A stretch of 39,321 bases of DNA, taken from IMG/VR virus record IMGVR_UViG_3300017540_000268, positions 1 to 39,321 of that record, one strand, 5' to 3'. Each line of letters starts with the position of its first letter. Positions within the stretch are counted from its first letter, which is position 1. Below are positions 34,070 to 39,321 of the stretch, piece by piece. Source of the stretch: a virus (lineage: Duplodnaviria; Caudoviricetes). Both the position numbers and the translations under genes were made by a program. Below the pieces are notes generated by a model, which saw nothing but the letters and a program-made list of their open reading frames with translations, had not been told where the DNA came from and searched no databases.

Positions 34070-34394
34070 GGATATCGGCCCTCCGATCGGCATCGGGCCA
34101 GGTGGTGCGCTCGACCGCCCGGATCAGCCGCTCGCCAGCCTCGGCCAGATCGGGCACATGGCGGCGCAGCTCGGGCAGGCGCGCGACGAAGCCGAGCATC
34201 TCGCGCGACAGGTCGTGATCCCGGCCGAATACCGACGTGATCCGGTCCACCGCCGAGTGGACATTGTGCATGTTCACCGCGCCGAGCCGGGCCGAATAGG
34301 CCACCGACAGCATCGACATCCGCGCCCTGATCGCCGCAATCGACATGATCCTGGCCGCGGTATTGGATTTCAGATCCCGGGAGTGAACGCGCAT
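34062..34394 (-). CDS. Phage hypothetical protein
   Basis: RBS AGAGGA; overlaps the downstream start. Confidence 0.65.
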   Translation of the reverse strand: MRVHSRDLKSNTAARIMSIAAIRARMSMLSVAYSARLGAVNMHNVHSAVDRITSVFGRDHDLSREMLGFVARLPELRRHVPDLAEAGERLIRAVERTTWPDADRRADIHG

Positions 34395-34420
34395 GGTCAA
34401 ATCCTCTTGGCGCAGTGGAT

Positions 34421-34640
34421 TGGCGGGGCAGCCAGAGGAGGAGGATGCCGCCCCGCCAGACACGCCGGGATCCGCGCCAGATATCCCGGAGTGTGTTTTC
34501 GCCCCGCCGCCACAAGACGGCTCTCGGCCGGGCCAGCCGCAGGTTCCACGATCCCGGTCAATCCCGCCCGAGGCGGCCGGAATCGTGACGGGTGGACCAG
34601 GTGCTGCGCCCCGGCTGTCTCCCCCGCCCCGGGCAACCTG
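34421..34640 (-). ncRNA. Structured intergenic RNA with anti-SD (CCUCCUCC) loop hairpin
   Basis: 12-bp stem 34421-34432/34447-34458 (G-U only on the - strand) with loop AUCCUCCUCCUCUG; further stems to ~34640. Confidence 0.5.
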
Positions 34641-34655
34641 AAAGCCCGATCTCCA

Positions 34656-34991
34656 TCACTGCCCCCACATGATTTCGGCGTAGCGGGGCAGCGTCTGCAT
34701 GGCGAAATCCACCGCATCGCCGCAGGGTCGATGCGTGCCCTCGCGCCAGTTGCAGCCGGTCTGCTTGGTCACGCCGAAATGCTGGCCGCAGGCCTCGGCC
34801 GTGGCGAAGCTGACGATCATCAGCATCGACCAGCGCCGCAGGAAATCGTCGGTATCGCGCTGCGCGTGGACATGCGCCCGGCGCCGGGCAGCAGCCGAGC
34901 GGCCGCGGCCGCCCACCGGCGGCGTGAAGGACATTTGCCGCGAAGGCAGGCCAGATCGGGGCCGATCAGGGATTTTGCAGATCAGGGACAT
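34656..34991 (-). CDS. CII-position HTH regulator
   Basis: AEACGQHFGVTKQTGCNWREG HTH-like segment; directly after cro. Confidence 0.6.
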   Translation of the reverse strand: MSLICKIPDRPRSGLPSRQMSFTPPVGGRGRSAAARRRAHVHAQRDTDDFLRRWSMLMIVSFATAEACGQHFGVTKQTGCNWREGTHRPCGDAVDFAMQTLPRYAEIMWGQ

Positions 34992-35253
34992 AAGGATGCT
35001 CTTGGGGTTGTGCCGCCGTGGCGGCGGGTTGAGGGAGTTGCGCGTCCCATGTGTCTGCAGGGTCAGGATCAACCCAGGACGAGACGGGAACAGCGCCGTT
35101 AGTGACTCGCTCGATCCTCTGTGCGAGCTTCAGGCTCGGCGTAACGAGCCCGCGCATCAGCTTGGACACGGTTCCTTGCCGCACCCCGATGCGCGAGGCG
35201 AATTGTGCCTGCGTTTCCTCAGAAGCTCTCAGATGATGTTCGAGCATAGTCAT
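34966..35253 (-). CDS. Cro-like HTH regulator
   Basis: TQAQFASRIGVRQGTVSKL...PSLKLAQRIERVTNGAV. Confidence 0.85.
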   Translation of the reverse strand: MTMLEHHLRASEETQAQFASRIGVRQGTVSKLMRGLVTPSLKLAQRIERVTNGAVPVSSWVDPDPADTWDAQLPQPAATAAQPQEHPYVPDLQNP

Positions 35254-35263
35254 GGCGCATGAT

Positions 35264-35289
35264 ATGACTGTCGGGAATATTCCCGTCAA
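35264..35289 (-). promoter_or_regulatory. PR-like promoter/operator
   Basis: TTGACGGGAATATTCCCGACAGTCAT containing the 14-bp palindrome CGGGAATATTCCCG. Confidence 0.8.
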
Positions 35290-35346
35290 GCATTATATTC
35301 CTGTCGCGCGTTTGCACCTTTCCGCGAAACAAAAGATCATCGCGCC

Positions 35347-35658
35347 ATGAACCTGGAACGCTTGCGCCGTGATCGCGACCTAAACCAAGATGAGCTGGCC
35401 GAAATGGCCGGCGTTAAGCAGTCGACAATCTCCAAGATCGAAGGTGGCTTCGACGGGGTTACGCTGCGGGTGCTGAAGCAAATCGCTGCCGCACTTGAAG
35501 TGGAGGTCTCGGACCTCTTTGCCGATGATCGAACTCGCGCAGAGGCAGCACTTATTCGCGCGTTTCGAACTCTCTCTCCCGAACGTCAGCAGGGATGGCT
35601 GGATCTTGCAGAGGCCCTAGCTCACGACGGCGATACAGGGTCGAAACAAGAGCCCTAA
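35347..35658 (+). CDS. CI-like XRE repressor, HTH only (no S24 peptidase domain)
   Basis: LNQDELAEMAGVKQSTISKIEGG; divergent from cro; TTGCAC-N17-GATCAT puts +1 at the ATG. Confidence 0.88.
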   Translation: MNLERLRRDRDLNQDELAEMAGVKQSTISKIEGGFDGVTLRVLKQIAAALEVEVSDLFADDRTRAEAALIRAFRTLSPERQQGWLDLAEALAHDGDTGSKQEP

Positions 35659-35713
35659 GCTGGTCGGCCGACATAGCGCTCAACAGTGCAGCGAACCTTT
35701 CCTCGTTGCTCAT
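35552..35713 (-). CDS. LexA-boxed small ORF antisense to the repressor (candidate antirepressor, 53 aa)
   Basis: MSNEERFAALLSAMSADQLRALVSTL...; RBS GGAGG; SOS box immediately upstream. Confidence 0.6.
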   Translation of the reverse strand: MSNEERFAALLSAMSADQLRALVSTLYRRRELGPLQDPAIPADVREREFETRE

Positions 35714-35724
35714 ACCGCCTCCAA

Positions 35725-35739
35725 GAACATTAGGTGAAC
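35725..35739. promoter_or_regulatory. Alphaproteobacterial LexA (SOS) box
   Basis: GAAC-ATTAGGT-GAAC. Confidence 0.75.
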
Positions 35740-35830
35740 AAATACTGCCCCGCTGCTCACTATGCGTGCAAGCGGGGACCCGGCAATAATTTGCCCATTC
35801 TGGAAAAATTCCTAGCAAGAATTTTTAGGA

Positions 35831-35856
35831 TTGACAGGAATATTCCTGACAGTCAT
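35831..35856 (+). promoter_or_regulatory. PL-like promoter/operator
   Basis: TTGACAGGAATATTCCTGACAGTCAT, 24/26 identical to the PR element. Confidence 0.8.
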
Positions 35857-35892
35857 TTTCAAGCCATCCACAACCCTTGGATGGAGCGCCTG

Positions 35893-36081
35893 ATGCAACT
35901 CCCCTCCCTCACGTTGACCCCCTGCGCGGTCTCTGCGGCGCGCGCCATCATCTCCAATGCCGAGCTGGCAGCCGGCGCGCCCGAGAGCCTGCGGCGCCTC
36001 GCCTACATGGTCGCCGCCAGCGCGCATGGCGTGATGCAGCGCCAGCGCCATCGGCCAGCGAACACGCGGAAGGATGCGTGA
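35893..36081 (+). CDS. Early phage hypothetical protein
   Basis: First ORF after PL; RBS GGAG. Confidence 0.6.
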   Translation: MQLPSLTLTPCAVSAARAIISNAELAAGAPESLRRLAYMVAASAHGVMQRQRHRPANTRKDA

Positions 36082-36350
36082 TGGCCGCCCTTGCCAACAT
36101 CGACTTCCAGCTCCGGGACTTCGCCCGCCGGGTGCCCGCCGAGCGAGACCGGCGCACCTGCGCCGCCTGCTGGTTCGTCCGCAGCCTGTTCATCGCCGGC
36201 ATCGTCTTCTGGCTCATCCTTGCAGGCTTCGTGCTGTGGTCGTCTCTACCCGATGTGGGCGCGATCCTGGACTTCCTGTCGCCGACAGCCGCGCAATCGC
36301 TGGACGCGGGCTGGGTGGCGCTGTCCGAGGGATCGGGGGACCGGCCGTGA
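36081..36350 (+). CDS. Early membrane protein
   Basis: TM segment LFIAGIVFWLILAGFVLW; TGATG coupling. Confidence 0.6.
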   Translation: MAALANIDFQLRDFARRVPAERDRRTCAACWFVRSLFIAGIVFWLILAGFVLWSSLPDVGAILDFLSPTAAQSLDAGWVALSEGSGDRP

Positions 36351-36508
36351 CGATCCTCGACCCGGAATTGATGGCCGCCCGTGCGCCGGCATTGATCGAA
36401 GAGAACCTGCGCCTGCGCGACCTGGTGCGGCGCATGGCCGACCAGCTGAGCCATCTTGGCAACACCGAACTGCTGGTCGAGGCCCGCAAGATTTTAGCCT
36501 CGGCCTGA
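36347..36508 (+). CDS. Small early hypothetical protein
   Basis: GTGA overlap, RBS GGGGGA; coiled-coil-like. Confidence 0.55.
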   Translation: MTILDPELMAARAPALIEENLRLRDLVRRMADQLSHLGNTELLVEARKILASA

Positions 36509-36572
36509 CCTGACGCCTTCACCTTCCCGAATTCGCCCGGTCGCGACGCGCCTGTCCCGCCGGGCTTCACTG

Positions 36573-36606
36573 GCCCCCGGCTTCTGCTCGGGCCGGGGGC
36601 TTTTTT
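36573..36606 (+). terminator. tL1-like intrinsic terminator
   Basis: GCCCCCGGC...GCCGGGGGC followed by TTTTTT. Confidence 0.8.
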
Positions 36607-36646
36607 CTGCAATCCGGCCGGTTCGGCCAAAGTTTTTGAGGCCACC

Positions 36647-37765
36647 ATGACCCTGATGGAGCCCATCAAGCCCGCCGCCACGGCCGGGATCAACTGCACC
36701 GTCGCGGATCTGCGCCGCGCGGTGAACGCGGCGGCCTTCGTGGTCGAACGGCGCAATACCGTCCCGGTCCTTGGGTGCCTGCGTATCGAGCCGCTGAACG
36801 ACAAGCTGCGGATCGAAAGCACCAACCTCGATAGCTGGCTGATGGTGGACTGCCCGGCCACCTGCACCGAGGGCGAGCCCTTCGTGATCGACGCGCGCCT
36901 GCTGCTCGCGCTGCTGACCGGCGCTGAGCGCGACGACAGCGTCAGCATCACCATGGACGGGAATGTCGCGACGCTGCGGATCGGCCCGGCGGTTGCCCGC
37001 GTCCAGTTGCTTTGCCCGGCCTCGGATTGGCCGACGGCGCCCAGCACCAAGGGCATGTCGTGGGTCAGCATACCGGAAGCAGCGCTTGCCAAGATGATCG
37101 GCCGCGTGCGGTGGGCCATCTCGACCGAGGAGACGCGCTATTATCTGAACGGCATCTATATGCATGGTCGCGAGGGGCGTCTGGCGGCCACAGCGACGGA
37201 TGGCCATCGGCTGGCGCTGTATCAGACCGATGCCGAATGGCCCCTGCCCGACCTGATCTTCCCCCGCTACTCGGTGGCAGCGCTGCGCAACCTGATGGCC
37301 GACGGCGGCAATCAGCCGCTGCGGATCGGCGGCTCGACCAGCCCGCTGCTGATGCAGATTTCCGGCGACGGCTGGACGCTGACGGTCAAATGCATCGACG
37401 GCGCCTATCCCGATTACACGCGGGTCATACCAAACCGCAGCACGATGCGCGGCTATGCCGTGATCAATCGCGCCTTGCTGCGGCGGTTCCCGAACACCAG
37501 GAGAATGCATCTCCTGCGGGACGCCCTGAAGTTCGACCTGGGCAAGCGCGTCGCCAGCCTGAACAGCGTCGGCCTCGGGATTGATGTCGAGATACCGATC
37601 GAAGCCGACGGGGATTTCGCCATCGGCTTCAACGAAGGCTATGTCCGCGAGATTGCGCAGATCTTCGACACCCTGCGCATCGAGGCCAGCACCGCGAGCG
37701 ACGCCGCCCTGATTCTGACCGAAGACCCGGACCTGACGGTCGTCCTCATGCCGATGAGGACGTGA
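36647..37765 (+). CDS. dnaN: Phage-encoded DNA polymerase III beta sliding clamp homolog
   Basis: VERRNTVPVL, STNLD, EETRYYLNGI, ATDGHRLA, IDGAYPDY, IGFN and VLMPMR motifs; full length. Confidence 0.92.
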   Translation: MTLMEPIKPAATAGINCTVADLRRAVNAAAFVVERRNTVPVLGCLRIEPLNDKLRIESTNLDSWLMVDCPATCTEGEPFVIDARLLLALLTGAERDDSVSITMDGNVATLRIGPAVARVQLLCPASDWPTAPSTKGMSWVSIPEAALAKMIGRVRWAISTEETRYYLNGIYMHGREGRLAATATDGHRLALYQTDAEWPLPDLIFPRYSVAALRNLMADGGNQPLRIGGSTSPLLMQISGDGWTLTVKCIDGAYPDYTRVIPNRSTMRGYAVINRALLRRFPNTRRMHLLRDALKFDLGKRVASLNSVGLGIDVEIPIEADGDFAIGFNEGYVREIAQIFDTLRIEASTASDAALILTEDPDLTVVLMPMRT

Positions 37766-37768
37766 GCG

Positions 37769-37866
37769 ATGGGACAGCAGCCCTCCTATGACGATTTCCT
37801 GCGCGCGAAAGCCGCCATCGCGCCGCGCTTCGGCGGCATGCAGGTGGATGAGGCGACGCTGAACCG
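37769..37866 (+). pseudogene. Probable N-terminal stub of a deleted phage helicase/methyltransferase gene
   Basis: MGQQPSYDDFLRAK...APRFGG.....LN resembles such N-termini; reads in frame into the next gene, which has its own RBS. Confidence 0.45.
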
Positions 37867-37900
37867 ATCAACCCGAAAACCAGAAGCTGCGGAGGACCGC

Positions 37901-38320
37901 ATGAAAACCATCGAACAACTGACGGCCAGCGAGACGACCTGGTATTCCTCGAATGACACGGAGGTCTGGCACGGCGGTCCCTATGCCACGCGCGAAGAGG
38001 CCGAGGATGGCGCCAAGGCCGAGGAGCATGAATGGATCATGCGAGCCACTAAATTCCCCATCCGGGTGTCGGAATTCTTCAGCCAGGGCTGTTTCTTCGA
38101 GGCCGCAGAGGAATCGCTCTACGATCAGTCGAATGATGAAGGCGATCCGATCCTGGATTTCACGCCCGCCATCAACCTCGACCTGCAATCCCGCGTCCAG
38201 GCTGCAATCGACGAATGGCAGGTTGCGCATCAGCTTTCCCCGATGCCCTGGCGGTTCAGCGGCAGCGATGAGCCAGAGATCGCGGCCTGGGCGAAAGCCA
38301 AGGAAGGCGGTGCAGCATGA
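37901..38320 (+). CDS. Phage hypothetical protein
   Basis: RBS GGAGGA then MKTIEQ...WHGGPYATREEA. Confidence 0.7.
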   Translation: MKTIEQLTASETTWYSSNDTEVWHGGPYATREEAEDGAKAEEHEWIMRATKFPIRVSEFFSQGCFFEAAEESLYDQSNDEGDPILDFTPAINLDLQSRVQAAIDEWQVAHQLSPMPWRFSGSDEPEIAAWAKAKEGGAA

Positions 38321-39321
38321 CCGGCCCCATCGTATCCGTCGAGATCGGCCGCAGCACCTGGCAGGGCCCGGCCGAGGAGGCGCCGGGGCGCGCCGACAAC
38401 CGGGACGCCGACATGGCAGAATGCGCCGCGTTCAGTGCGGGGTATGAGGCTGGGGAGCGTGACGGCCGCGCCTCGGGCCAGCAGGTGCGGGCGCTGGTGT
38501 GGGATGAATACGCCCCAGGCTGCTTCTTTGGCAAAAGCGAATGCGGGGATTATTCGGTCGCCCCCTCCGCCTCGGCATTCCATGAAGGTGAAATTCGGCT
38601 GTCAGACGTTGAGGGAAATTTCAGCTATTTCGCCAGCCCGGAAGCCGCCAAAGCAGCCGCCCAGGCAGATTATGAGAGCCGCATCCTCGCAGCCCTGACG
38701 CCAGCCCCGCAGGCCGAGGGGCAGTGTCTGCTGACGAACGATGCGATCCGGGCCTATGCCAAGGAACATCGCATCTATATACGCGAGCATGGATCGTGCC
38801 CCGACATCCAGCACGGCGGCTGGATACATCCCTTCACGCTGACGATCAGCAGCGACGAACTGCGGGCGATGTTCAGCGCCCTATCGTCGCAGGCATCTTG
38901 TGTCCCGAATACCGCTGATAGTGAGGCACAAGGCGATTTGTCTCCCACGGACGCGATACAAGCCCCGCGGTCCGAGGCCGCAACCCCGACCGCGCAAGAG
39001 GCAGAGATAGAGCCTTGCCAACTCCTGAAAGGCGCCCTGTTTGCCAGCATCGAGCCGACGTTCCAAAGCCCGCTTTATTGCGGAGTGGCCGTGACAGCCA
39101 TGACACAAGCCTGTGCTGCGGTCTTTTACGTCCCGCGCGATTGGACGCGGGAGCAGATCAAGGATTGGCTGGGCAATCCGCAGGGGTTCGCCCACCCGCC
39201 CCAGCCCAGCGAGACGGTCGCGGCAAAGGCTCTTGAAGAATTGTTGGGGTTTGCCCGTGCCTTGGAGAAGCAGAGCTCAAAAGGGACAGGCGGTCGTCGC
39301 GGGGGTGCGATCTTTGCTCGC
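38317..39321 (+). CDS. Mosaic early phage protein (Ead/Ea22-like slot), runs off window
   Basis: ATGA overlap; frame open for 335 codons to the window end; EAAKAAAQADYESRILAAL segment; missing from ORF track because it has no stop. Confidence 0.7.
   Translation, partial: MTGPIVSVEIGRSTWQGPAEEAPGRADNRDADMAECAAFSAGYEAGERDGRASGQQVRALVWDEYAPGCFFGKSECGDYSVAPSASAFHEGEIRLSDVEGNFSYFASPEAAKAAAQADYESRILAALTPAPQAEGQCLLTNDAIRAYAKEHRIYIREHGSCPDIQHGGWIHPFTLTISSDELRAMFSALSSQASCVPNTADSEAQGDLSPTDAIQAPRSEAATPTAQEAEIEPCQLLKGALFASIEPTFQSPLYCGVAVTAMTQACAAVFYVPRDWTREQIKDWLGNPQGFAHPPQPSETVAAKALEELLGFARALEKQSSKGTGGRRGGAIFAR

Larger units (their letters stand above)
4310..39321. mobile_element. HK97-like temperate siphoprophage; right end and integrase outside window, left boundary approximate
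   Basis: Contiguous lysis, tail, head, terminase, replication, immunity and early modules in lambdoid order. Confidence 0.95.

Overview
GC-rich alphaproteobacterial (Rhodobacteraceae/Paracoccus-like, inferred) sequence with two mobile regions on either side of a tRNA-Ser(GCT) at 4194-4283 (- strand). Left (1-4193) is a decayed island. It holds the end of a RIT-type tyrosine recombinase element inserted into IS66 tnpB, fragments of IS66, IS3 and a RelE/HigB toxin gene, DoxX, an XRE regulator and an orphan iteron-like repeat array. Right (~4310 to the window end) is most of an HK97-like, probably cos-type temperate siphoprophage with lysis, tail, head, packaging, replication, immunity and early modules, including a phage beta-clamp; its integrase end lies outside the window. 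Most notable: (1) a self-contained moron inside the lysis cassette, made of a DUF3800 (RNase H-like) gene and a convergent, apparently separately promoted ~116-nt structured ncRNA, bounded by 9-bp inverted repeats and terminators, which is a candidate RNA-associated defence or toxin-antitoxin system; (2) a short repressor with no autocleavage domain, overlapped by an antisense ORF preceded by a perfect alphaproteobacterial LexA box, plus a second LexA-boxed Zn-ribbon gene at the prophage end, a candidate antirepressor or antisense SOS induction switch; (3) a structured early-operon RNA with an anti-Shine-Dalgarno loop. All family calls come from motif recognition by eye, not database searches.
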